NCBI GenBank assembly: GCA_965216635.1
Contig: OZ244188.1
Location: 224,001-288,000, forward strand
From: a bacterium
GTDB taxonomy: Bacteria > SAR324 > XYD2-FULL-50-16 > G965216635
Direction of reading: 5' to 3'
Length of the DNA: 64,000 nt
Below are positions 1 to 8,670 of this stretch, one piece after another. The translations under genes and the position numbers were made by a program. The notes below the pieces were generated by a model. That model saw only the letters and a program-made list of their open reading frames with translations, searched no databases and was not told the origin of the DNA. Each line of letters opens with the position of its first letter. Positions within the stretch are counted from its first letter, which is position 1.

Positions 1-1
1 A

Positions 2-328
2 AAAAAGAACTCCTAGATAAAATACGAGTAGTAATGAAGTGAAAATATCAAATTTTGCTTTTCGCCTTACACTCCAATTCCCATAAAACAAATCCATACG
101 GACATTAGAGCCGAGTTGAATAGAATAAGGTCCTCCTAAAATATAATACGCGACCAGTGCAAACTGTGCCATTTCTAGTGTCCAAAGAGATGGAACTAGA
201 AAAGTTTTTGAGATAGACGACCACGCAAGTATTACTACTAGCAAGAAAATCCCATACATAACTACTCGTCCGATGCGATAATTGACGATGTCTATCAGAT
301 AAATAATTTTGTTTAATATTTTCATCAT
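2..328 (-). CDS. TRAP transporter small permease (DctQ-like), runs off the window edge
   Basis: Manual translation MMKILNKIIYLIDIVNYRIGRVVMY...WTLEMAQF...NVRMDLFYG; hydrophobic, with DctQ-like W..E and VRxD motifs; not in the ORF track. Confidence 0.75.
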   Translation of the reverse strand, partial: MMKILNKIIYLIDIVNYRIGRVVMYGIFLLVVILAWSSISKTFLVPSLWTLEMAQFALVAYYILGGPYSIQLGSNVRMDLFYGNWSVRRKAKFDIFTSLLLVFYLGVLF

Positions 329-367
329 AAATTCAAATATAAGTTCACAAGCTAAATATAAAAAAAA

Positions 368-1141
368 TTATTCTGGAGTTACATACGCCGAAGTAATCCC
401 TCCATCCACTATAAACTCTGTTCCTGTAGTATAAGAAGATTCATCAGAGGCTAAGAATAAAGCTGATTTTGCCATTTCTTTTGCTTCTCCAAAACGTCCC
501 ATCGGAATATGAACCAGTCGCCTCTGTTTTTTAGCATCTGTATCCAAGAACTTCATTAATAATTCAGTCTGTAAGGGACCTGGACAAAGAGCATTAATAC
601 GAATGTTTTCTCTAGCGTGTAGCACTGCCAGTTCACGAGTTAAAGCAATCACCCCGCCCTTGCTAGCAGTGTAGGCAACCTGTGGGGTTGCAGCTCCCAT
701 GAGACCAACGAAAGATGCGGTATTAATAATAGAGCCCCCTCCAGCACGTCGCATAGCACTAATTCCATATTTGCAACCAAGAAAAACTCCTTTTAAATTA
801 ATTGCCATTGTTAAATCCCAAACTTCTTCCTCCGTTACTTGAGCGTTGTCGTCTCTACTATCCATAATCCCTGCATTATTAAACATTACATTAAGTTTTC
901 CGAATTGGGTTTCGGCAGTTTTTACCATATTTTCACAGTTTGTAGCTTTAGAAATATCAGCGTGAACATAAATAGCATCTCCTCCAGCAGATTGAATTTT
1001 AGCAATCGTTTTTTCACCTTCTGCGTCATTCACATCTACAGCTACAATTTTTGCTCCCTCTTGTGCAAACAAAAGCGCAGCTTCTCTACCAATTCCACTA
1101 GATGCGCCCGTAATAAGAGCAACTTTATTTTGTAATCTCAT
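368..1141 (-). CDS. Short-chain dehydrogenase/reductase (SDR)
   Basis: TGASSGIG, NNAG and YTASK motifs. Confidence 0.9.
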   Translation of the reverse strand: MRLQNKVALITGASSGIGREAALLFAQEGAKIVAVDVNDAEGEKTIAKIQSAGGDAIYVHADISKATNCENMVKTAETQFGKLNVMFNNAGIMDSRDDNAQVTEEEVWDLTMAINLKGVFLGCKYGISAMRRAGGGSIINTASFVGLMGAATPQVAYTASKGGVIALTRELAVLHARENIRINALCPGPLQTELLMKFLDTDAKKQRRLVHIPMGRFGEAKEMAKSALFLASDESSYTTGTEFIVDGGITSAYVTPE

Positions 1142-1246
1142 AAGTTTTATTTTTGTTATTGATTAAATTTTTTTAAGTCTATTATTTAGATAGTCCCATT
1201 ATTTTAGAACTGTAAATTTTATGGATTTTTTTAAGGTTAGAGAATT

Positions 1247-2626
1247 TCATAATTGGTTTTCTGTTTTCAAATCATCCTGAACTTTTACAATACTATCCCT
1301 AAGTGTAGCAATTAAAAAATCAGCTTCTTCTTTGCTTAAACAAAGAGGAGGAGACATTACATTTTTATCTCCAATCGGGCGAATAATGAGTCCAGCGTTT
1401 TGGGCGTATTTAGAGACTCTTTCCCCTACCTTCAAATTCGCATCAAAAGAAGTTTTGCTGCTTTTGTCTTTTACAAATTCTACACACATCATAAAATGGC
1501 TACCTCTAACATCCCCCACTATTTCTAAGTCGTCAAGTTCTCCGAGTTTTTTTTCAAAATAACCTCCTACTTTTTGCACATGCCCACAAAAATCCTCGTT
1601 TTCTAAAATCTCAATATTTTTCAAACCCACAGCACAGCTTACAGGATGTCCCGAATAGGTGAAGCCGTGTGCAAATTCTTTGCCTCCTCTAGGTTGGCTG
1701 ATAGTATCAAAAATTTCATCCGAAATCAGAGTTGCTCCCAAAGGAATATAACCAGAAGTTAAACCTTTAGCACAGGTTATTATATCAGGTTGAATATCAA
1801 ACATTTTCTCTGAAGAAAAAAAATGCCCTAGCCTACCGAAAGCGGTGACTACTTCATCAGAAATATAGAAACAATCGTGTTTTTTACAAATTTCCAAAGC
1901 TCGTTTGTGATAACCTTTAGGCGCCATTAAAACCCCACCTGCTCCCATAATAGGTTCAGCTATAAAGGCGGCTACTTTGTCTGCTCCTATGCTTAAAATT
2001 TTGGCTTCCAATTCTTGCATTAGCTGGTCACAAAAATCGTTATCGGAAAGGCTACTTGGTTTTCTATAAAGATTCGGGCTAGAAATATGATGAATCCATT
2101 CTTTTTCTACGGTAAAATCTATATGGTCGTAATTTAGTCCTGTCAAAGACATCGCAAGATAGGTACTGCCGTGATAAGCACCCTCTCTCGCAATAATATG
2201 CTTTTTTTGGGGTTGTTTTTTTAGATGAAAATAATGGTGAATAGTGCGCACAGCAGTATCGTTCGCCCCCGAACCGCTTAAAGAATAAAAAACACGGTTT
2301 AAATTTTGTGGAGCTAGTTCTGCTAATTTGGCTGCTAAAAATGCTGCTGGTTCTGTGGTATGAGCTCCAAAGGTAGAAAAATAAGCCATTTTGTCCATTT
2401 GTTTAGCGGCTACTTCCCCTAATTCTTTTCTGCCGTAGCCGATATTGATACACCACAAACCACCTATACCGTCCAAATATTTTTTACCATCAGAGTCAAA
2501 AACAAAAGAGCCTTTGGCTTCTTTAATTATGATAGAGCCTTCCTTCTTAAAAGATTCAAATTCAGTCCAAGGATGAATAAAATGATCTTTATCCGCTTGC
2601 CAAATTTTTTGATTGTTTGTTTGCAT
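1247..2626 (-). CDS. Class III PLP aminotransferase (omega-amine transaminase type)
   Basis: DGIGGLWC, FIAEPIMGAGG, DEVVTAFGR, AKGLTSGY motifs. Confidence 0.9.
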   Translation of the reverse strand: MQTNNQKIWQADKDHFIHPWTEFESFKKEGSIIIKEAKGSFVFDSDGKKYLDGIGGLWCINIGYGRKELGEVAAKQMDKMAYFSTFGAHTTEPAAFLAAKLAELAPQNLNRVFYSLSGSGANDTAVRTIHHYFHLKKQPQKKHIIAREGAYHGSTYLAMSLTGLNYDHIDFTVEKEWIHHISSPNLYRKPSSLSDNDFCDQLMQELEAKILSIGADKVAAFIAEPIMGAGGVLMAPKGYHKRALEICKKHDCFYISDEVVTAFGRLGHFFSSEKMFDIQPDIITCAKGLTSGYIPLGATLISDEIFDTISQPRGGKEFAHGFTYSGHPVSCAVGLKNIEILENEDFCGHVQKVGGYFEKKLGELDDLEIVGDVRGSHFMMCVEFVKDKSSKTSFDANLKVGERVSKYAQNAGLIIRPIGDKNVMSPPLCLSKEEADFLIATLRDSIVKVQDDLKTENQL

Positions 2627-2674
2627 TTTAGTTTTTTGATAAAAATAAGAATGAACTTTCTATTTTGTAAGATA

Positions 2675-2758
2675 AGAAAAATAAACTAGAAAAAGCAAAT
2701 TCTTTCTTTTAGACTAGAAAAATAAACTAGAAAAAGCAAATTCTTTCTTTTAGACTAG
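2675..2758. repeat. Perfect 41-bp tandem duplication in a divergent promoter region
   Basis: AGAAAAATAAACTAGAAAAAGCAAATTCTTTCTTTTAGACT x2. Confidence 0.9.
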
Positions 2759-2775
2759 TAAAGCTACAATAAAAC

Positions 2776-3876
2776 ATGATCACAAAACCCCCACTACTAA
2801 AATTCTTAAAAGAAATACAACACCATTTAGGCAATATGTTCGGTTATCCTGCCGCTCAAGATTTTAACTACGAAGAATTGCTTCCGTTTTTTCGCCACCC
2901 AATCAATAACATTGGTGATCCTTTTATTAAAGGCACCGCCAAAGATAATTGTCACCATTTAGAAAGAGAGGTATTAGGATTTTGGGCAAAATTGCTAAGA
3001 GCCCCCAAAAATAATTGGTGGGGTTACGTGACTAATGGAGGAACTGAAGGCAATCTGTATGGTCTTTGGTTGGCGAGAGAATGCTATCCTAAGGGAATTG
3101 TTTATTACTCCGAAGATACGCACTATAGCATTGATAAAAATTTGCATTTTTTGAAGATGCAGCAGTGCCGCATTCCTTCCCAAAAAAATGGAGAGATAGA
3201 CTATAAAAAATTGCAAAAAACTTTAGCTAAAAATAGAAAAAAGCCCGCAATTATTTTTGCAAACATTGGAACTACAATGACAGAAGCAAAAGATGATATA
3301 GGAAAAATTCAGGAGATACTAAAAGATTTGATTATTTCTGATTACTATATTCACTGTGATTCAGCAATGAGCGGAGCCATTTCCCCTTTTTTAAAACCCA
3401 AACCGAATTTTGATTTTGCAGACGGGGCAGATAGTATTGTAATTAGCGGACACAAATTTATTGGCTCGCCTATCCCCTGTGGAATAGCCATAGTTCTCAA
3501 AAAACATAAAAATCGCATCGCAGAATCCATTCCTTATATTGGCACAGTAGATACTACCATCAGCGGTTCTCGTAGCGGGCTAACTTCTCTTATTCTTTGG
3601 TATGCAATGAAGACACAATCCAAAAAAGGAATGGCTGCAAGAGTGCAGAAATCTTTGGATTTAGCGGGTTATGCAAAAACAAAATTAGTAGAAATGGGAG
3701 TGCAAGCGTGGAGAAATGAAAATGCTATCACTGTGGTATTTCCTGCAGCCAAAAAAGAGCTAAAAGAAAAATGGCAACTCGCCACAGCCAATAAAATCTC
3801 ACATATTATCGTTATGCCTCACCTCACGAAAAAAGATATAGACAATTTTCTCGCAGATTATAAAAAAATTTTTTAG
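2776..3876 (+). CDS. Group II PLP decarboxylase, histidine/serine decarboxylase family
   Basis: NNIGDPF, WGYVTNGGTEGN, SGHKFIGSPIPCG (PLP lysine), TISGSR. Confidence 0.85.
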   Translation: MITKPPLLKFLKEIQHHLGNMFGYPAAQDFNYEELLPFFRHPINNIGDPFIKGTAKDNCHHLEREVLGFWAKLLRAPKNNWWGYVTNGGTEGNLYGLWLARECYPKGIVYYSEDTHYSIDKNLHFLKMQQCRIPSQKNGEIDYKKLQKTLAKNRKKPAIIFANIGTTMTEAKDDIGKIQEILKDLIISDYYIHCDSAMSGAISPFLKPKPNFDFADGADSIVISGHKFIGSPIPCGIAIVLKKHKNRIAESIPYIGTVDTTISGSRSGLTSLILWYAMKTQSKKGMAARVQKSLDLAGYAKTKLVEMGVQAWRNENAITVVFPAAKKELKEKWQLATANKISHIIVMPHLTKKDIDNFLADYKKIF

Positions 3877-3972
3877 CTCGTAGGAATACTGAAGAGCATT
3901 TCTTCACAAATGGCAAGAGACAAATTTTTTTTGCCTTGCCTAGCCGTCACATAACGCAAATTCAAAGGTCTA
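3862..3972. mobile_element. Partial MITE/REP-like element copy
   Basis: Internal CTCGTAGGAATACTGAAG and right end CATAACGCAAATTCAAAGGTCTA shared with the family. Confidence 0.75.
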
Positions 3973-4628
3973 ATTTACTATGAAATGGAAAAAGAAGAGA
4001 AAAAGAAACAAATTAAAGCCAAAAATAAGCATAAATCAGTTATAAATTTAGTAAATTATTGAAAAATTTCTGTGATTTTTGGAAAAAATTTTAAAAAATA
4101 GAATTTTTAATAATAAACTTTTTTTAAGAGACTAATTCAACAGTTTCTTTAAGAATTGAAAAAAATAAAATGACATTAATCTCCTTATTTTAATAAGCCT
4201 AAGATACCTATCTTGTTAAAACAGTCAGAAAATGGTTGACAAGAGATTATTTTACTATTAAACTCAACATTATTTTTAGTGATTTAAAACAAAATATTTA
4301 AAGCTGACCTGAAACCGAGTGTTTTTCAATTATGAGAGCACTGATTTTTTATCAAGCAATATAGTGCCTGTTCTAGTTGATGATAGATTTGATTCCACAT
4401 CAAGTTCGTTTAGACATCAGGTCGTTTAAGCATTAGGGACAACTTACTGCAGAAAATATCGACATAGTTATGAATATAATCACTAATAAGTTTTATAATG
4501 ATAATGTTTTATTGTGGTCACAGTTTTTGATAGTTTTATGCAAAACACTGAGACCTTATTTTTTAACCAGTTACCTGTTTTGATAAGGATATACCTTATT
4601 ATCTAGGCTACTATTTTATGGATATATT

Positions 4629-6077
4629 ATGAAAAAAATTGTATCGTTTCTAACCCTTATTTTAGGGATTTTTCTTTTTGCATCGTCTAATCTTTTAGCT
4701 CAAGGTAGCGATGAAGATTTTGAATATTGTTTTGTATTTGAACGACTCAAAGCAAAAAATGAAGGCGCTAATACTATAGAATCTATAAATCAAGCGAAAG
4801 AAGTTTGTAATTTAAAACTTGGTAATAGTCAAGGAGATAATAACGCTACTGGAAGTTCTACAGAAGAGAATTTAGAAAATTCAGGTTCTAGGAAAGCTCC
4901 AATTTTTACTATAGATATTTTTACTGGTAAAAAAAAAGTAAAAGGAGAGAAGTCCGAAAAACTTGTCACAACTGGGGTTTTATTGAATTATTATATTACA
5001 CCTAAATTTAGTTTGGCCGCAGGCTATCTATTGTCTAAAGGGGATGTAAATGGAACTGTTGTGGATTATGAAACTGAGAGCTATACGGACTATTCTGACT
5101 ATTCTTATGTAGATGAAACTTACGACGCAACAGTAGCTCGCTATACAGATGAAACCCGTGATATACGAATAAAACAATATAAAGATGAAACCCGTGATAT
5201 ACAAGTAAAACAATATAAAGATGAAACCTATGATGATCGAATAGCCCGATATACAATCACAACCTCTGGTAATGAACTTAGACCAAATGAACTAACAAAA
5301 CCCGGTGATAAATATTTCTGTTCTTTTGGTGATTTTTCTGGATCTCCCGATATTTGTTATGCTTGGAATTATGCTAGAAGGGTCTATGGAACTTTTTTCT
5401 GTGGTAGTTCGTTTGCTGACAGACTTGCTTCCAATTACTATCAGTGTATAAAAATAGTTCGTAAACCTGATGTTTTTAAGTCTTCTTGTAAAATACATGG
5501 AGGTAATGGGTGTATTCAGTGGCAATATCAAACTACTTATGGAGTATTCTCTTACTATGAAACAAAGACTCTCACTGAGCGAGTATTCTCTCACTTTGAA
5601 ACAAAGACTTTCACTGAGCGAGTATTCTCTCACTATGAAACGGAAACTCTCATTAGCCAAGTCTTCTCTCACTATGAAACAGAGACTCTCACTCGCCAAG
5701 TAGCTAGTTATGTCACAAAGACACGCCAAGTACCTCGTCGTAGTCGCACAGAAAATCTATCCATTAAAAATATTGAGTCTTCTTTGGGGGCGAAATGGCA
5801 TTTATTGGGTAATGGTTTGGTGGATTTTTTTCTAGGAGCTGGTATAGTCAATATTTCGCATAGTAGAGAATATCTAAATACTGTAGAAAGCGGAAGTGGT
5901 TCTGGTACTTATTTTGAAACTGGTATAAAGTATATTTTTAATTCTGGTTTTAATATAGGCTACTATTGGCGAAGATCTTCGGCTACTTTTGAATTAACTA
6001 ATAATGCAAATCAGCAAACTACAGAAACAGATGGAGGAGGAATTACAAGCGGGTTGACATTTGGGTTTGCCTTTTAG
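4629..6077 (+). CDS. Outer-membrane beta-barrel protein with a long repeat-flanked, Cys-rich loop insertion
   Basis: Signal peptide ending NLLA-Q, amphipathic strands, C-terminal FGFAF; 36-nt and 39-nt repeat blocks flank a 6-Cys segment. Confidence 0.7.
   Translation: MKKIVSFLTLILGIFLFASSNLLAQGSDEDFEYCFVFERLKAKNEGANTIESINQAKEVCNLKLGNSQGDNNATGSSTEENLENSGSRKAPIFTIDIFTGKKKVKGEKSEKLVTTGVLLNYYITPKFSLAAGYLLSKGDVNGTVVDYETESYTDYSDYSYVDETYDATVARYTDETRDIRIKQYKDETRDIQVKQYKDETYDDRIARYTITTSGNELRPNELTKPGDKYFCSFGDFSGSPDICYAWNYARRVYGTFFCGSSFADRLASNYYQCIKIVRKPDVFKSSCKIHGGNGCIQWQYQTTYGVFSYYETKTLTERVFSHFETKTFTERVFSHYETETLISQVFSHYETETLTRQVASYVTKTRQVPRRSRTENLSIKNIESSLGAKWHLLGNGLVDFFLGAGIVNISHSREYLNTVESGSGSGTYFETGIKYIFNSGFNIGYYWRRSSATFELTNNANQQTTETDGGGITSGLTFGFAF
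5106..5249 (+). repeat. 4 x 36-nt coding tandem repeat (12 aa, starting YxDET)
   Basis: Units start at 5106, 5142, 5178, 5214. Confidence 0.9.
5544..5699 (+). repeat. 4 x 39-nt coding tandem repeat (13 aa, VFSHYETxTLxxx)
   Basis: Units start at 5544, 5583, 5622, 5661; a degenerate fifth starts at 5700. Confidence 0.9.
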
Positions 6078-6110
6078 TAATGAGACCAGTAGAAATGAGA
6101 CCAGTAAAAA

Positions 6111-6202
6111 TGAGACTGTTGAATTAGTGTGATGCTAGGCACAAGCAAAAAATTTTCTCAATTTGGCAATAGTTTGGAGAAAACACTAATTCAAAAGTCT
6201 TA
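6111..6202. mobile_element. Short MITE variant
   Basis: TIRs GAGACTGTTGAATTAGTGT / ACACTAATTCAAAAGTCTT. Confidence 0.7.
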
Positions 6203-6204
6203 AA

Positions 6205-6460
6205 TAGACCTTTGAATTTCGCTGATGTGACGGCTAGCCAAATGGTTAGAACAGGTGCGAAAAATTTTTTTAGCTCGTAGGAATACTGAAGTATTTCAAG
6301 AGTTAAAAAAATTTTTCAATGGCGTAGTAAAAAACACTACGAACCTTAAAGCTAACACAATATAGACTGCAAAAGAGCCACTGGCTCTTTTGCTAAAGCC
6401 CGTATAGAGTGAAAGCAACAAGCTTGTTTTGGCTAAACAGAATGCAAATTCAAAAGTCTA
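6205..6460. mobile_element. Long MITE copy (256 bp)
   Basis: TIRs TAGACCTTTGAATTT / AAATTCAAAAGTCTA; internal hairpin GCAAAAGAGCCACTGGCTCTTTTGC; similar to 52065 and to 59067 in reverse orientation. Confidence 0.85.
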
Positions 6461-6472
6461 TTAAAATTATTT

Positions 6473-7267
6473 ATGAAAAAAACAATAATACTTCTTTTTG
6501 TTGGTTGTCTTTTGAGTTTGACTGATCTTTTGGCACAGGAGAATTTTGAAAATTGTTTTGCTCTAAAAAGGATAAGAGCTAAAGCTGGCGGAGCTAGCGC
6601 TTATGAAGCTGTAGAAATTGCAGAAACAATTTGTTATAGAAAATTCTACCCTGATAAAAAAAGAATGGTTGCTAGTAAAAAACATGCTTTAAAAGAAAAT
6701 TCTGATAAGGATACAATTCAAGAAACAAGCAAAAAAGAAAACAATAATAACTGGGTGGTTGCTACTCAACTCAGAGTCCATTGGGAACTGCAAGATGTTA
6801 AAACTCTAGTTTCTGATACTCGCTCAGCAAAAAAAATAATCACAAATGAAGAAACACCTATAGCTAAAATAACAGGCAACAGTGATAATCTAAATCTTAG
6901 ATTTGCTGGAAAAAATAGCGACCTTATTCTCAACTACTCCAAAGATGGCAAACAGAAAATCATCACTTCTACTTCTCGTGAAATAGGAAAATGGAGTTTA
7001 GGAGGCTCTCTAACAATAGATAAAGATTCTGCAAACTCAAACGCTAATATTAGTGATTTTGGAAAAATTCATCTAAAACACCGCAGCGGACTTCGTTTGA
7101 ATTTTAATAGAACCAATGTTTTGAAAGATGTTAATGGTAGTAGTTCTGTAAATAGTGGTGAAATCGGCTTTACCACTAAAAATAAAAAATACAACAGCAC
7201 TTTAGACGGAAGCCTTTTATTTAACGATGGATTCTCAACTAGAATTCAAATGTACCAAAGTTTTTAA
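6473..7267 (+). CDS. Secreted or outer-membrane hypothetical protein sharing an N-terminal Cys-pair domain with the 4629 protein
   Basis: Signal peptide LLA-Q; FENCFALKRIRAK...AETIC aligns with FEYCFVFERLKAK...AKEVC; terminal Phe. Confidence 0.65.
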   Translation: MKKTIILLFVGCLLSLTDLLAQENFENCFALKRIRAKAGGASAYEAVEIAETICYRKFYPDKKRMVASKKHALKENSDKDTIQETSKKENNNNWVVATQLRVHWELQDVKTLVSDTRSAKKIITNEETPIAKITGNSDNLNLRFAGKNSDLILNYSKDGKQKIITSTSREIGKWSLGGSLTIDKDSANSNANISDFGKIHLKHRSGLRLNFNRTNVLKDVNGSSSVNSGEIGFTTKNKKYNSTLDGSLLFNDGFSTRIQMYQSF

Positions 7268-7538
7268 GTTTAAGAGAAATAGATACGACAAATTCTAATT
7301 CTATGAAAAAAAAGCTGTACTTAAAACTTGTATCTACGATTCTAATAAAATTTATAATTCTTAAAAGATTCCATTATTGTTTTATAAGGTTATAAGAATT
7401 GTACCCAAAGGCTATAGGTTTTTATCTTTGCCTTTGGGTTTTTTTATTTGCAGGTTTAAGTTCTAAGTGCAACTTTTTACACTAAAGCGTTTGCGGTAAC
7501 ATTTATTCTTTTTTAAAGACCACATATTCAACAGAATT

Positions 7539-7660
7539 ATGAAAAAAAAATTATTATTTAATTACCTTTTTTTGTATTTACCTTTTTTCTTCTGTTAATC
7601 TTTTAGCTCAAAAAAATAACTTTGGTGGTGTATTAAAGCTGAAAGAATAAAAGCAAAAAA
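7539..7660 (+). pseudogene. Frameshifted 5' remnant of a third paralog of the 4629/6473 proteins
   Basis: ATG, hydrophobic leader, SVNLLAQ, then CIKAERIKAK in another frame; followed by a MITE fragment. Confidence 0.55.
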
Positions 7661-7665
7661 CTTTT

Positions 7666-7709
7666 CTAGCCTTGCCTGTCCGTCACAGATAAGCAAATTC
7701 AAAAGTCTA
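7666..7709. mobile_element. MITE right-end fragment
   Basis: CTAGCCTTGCC...CCGTCACA...GCAAATTCAAAAGTCTA. Confidence 0.65.
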
Positions 7710-7837
7710 TCCTATTGTTTAAAACACTTAATTAATTAAAAAACAAATAACACTCCGACTCTAATCAGTATTCCTTGCCGTTTTGTGATATTTGAGTTAT
7801 TTTTACTATAGAAAAACACCAACTCCAAAATTTTTTT

Positions 7838-8659
7838 ATGAAATTTCTAATAAAAAAAGCAATAAAAAAAACAGGTTATGCCTTCTTTTTCATTTTATTT
7901 TTTCTGCTGTTTTATTTTTCCGCAACAAATTCTAAGACTTGGGCACAAGAAAACAACAATCAGAATAAAGATTTTTTATTTCGCTATTATGTAAAAATGG
8001 GAGATCAGTTTTATCACCATCACTATTTTCAAACGAACCTTCAACTGGCTTTTGGATATTATAAAAAAGCCTTAGAGTTAGACGATTCGCAAGTAGAGCT
8101 TTATTGGAAAATTTCTCGTGTTTTGTGGGTTGAGCAGGAGAAAACTCTAGCAAACAAGAAAAAAAACCAACTTTTAGAAGAGGCATTGAGATACATAGAA
8201 AAAGGGCTTGCTCTCTATCCACAAAATCTAGATATCCGTCTTTGGAGTGCCATTATTAAGGGAGGTTATGTTCTCAATCAAAATTTTGTGCAGGCTATTT
8301 TGTTTTTAAAAACAGATGTTAAGAGAGATTTGGAATTTGTTTTAAGTCAAAATCCTAAATCCACCCGCGCTCTTTTTGCGCTAGGTAGTTATTACTCGCT
8401 TGTGCCGAAAGTTTTAGGAGGCAATATAGAAAAAGGCATACAGTTTATTCAGGAGGCTATAAAGGTTAATCCTAATTTTCATAGAGCAAGAATTGGTTTG
8501 GCAGAAATTTATTTAAAAAACAAGCAATACGACGAAGCAATTCAGATTTTAGAGCCTACTTTAAAAGCCACAGTATGGGAAGAAAATGGTTATGCTTTAT
8601 CCTATAAACAAAGAGCAGAAAAACTCATCCAACAGGCTCAATTAGAAAAAAGTTTGTAG
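7838..8659 (+). CDS. Exported tetratricopeptide-repeat protein
   Basis: Signal-like N-terminus; TPR helices (YKKALELDD, AIKVNPNF, LAEIYLKNKQYDEAI). Confidence 0.8.
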   Translation: MKFLIKKAIKKTGYAFFFILFFLLFYFSATNSKTWAQENNNQNKDFLFRYYVKMGDQFYHHHYFQTNLQLAFGYYKKALELDDSQVELYWKISRVLWVEQEKTLANKKKNQLLEEALRYIEKGLALYPQNLDIRLWSAIIKGGYVLNQNFVQAILFLKTDVKRDLEFVLSQNPKSTRALFALGSYYSLVPKVLGGNIEKGIQFIQEAIKVNPNFHRARIGLAEIYLKNKQYDEAIQILEPTLKATVWEENGYALSYKQRAEKLIQQAQLEKSL

Positions 8660-8670
8660 CTAAAATTTTT

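Noticed and set aside
5106..5740. Repeat blocks as a CRISPR array or a DGR template/variable pair
   Set aside because: Units are contiguous and in frame with no unique spacers; differences are not adenine-specific; no cas or reverse transcriptase gene is in the window.
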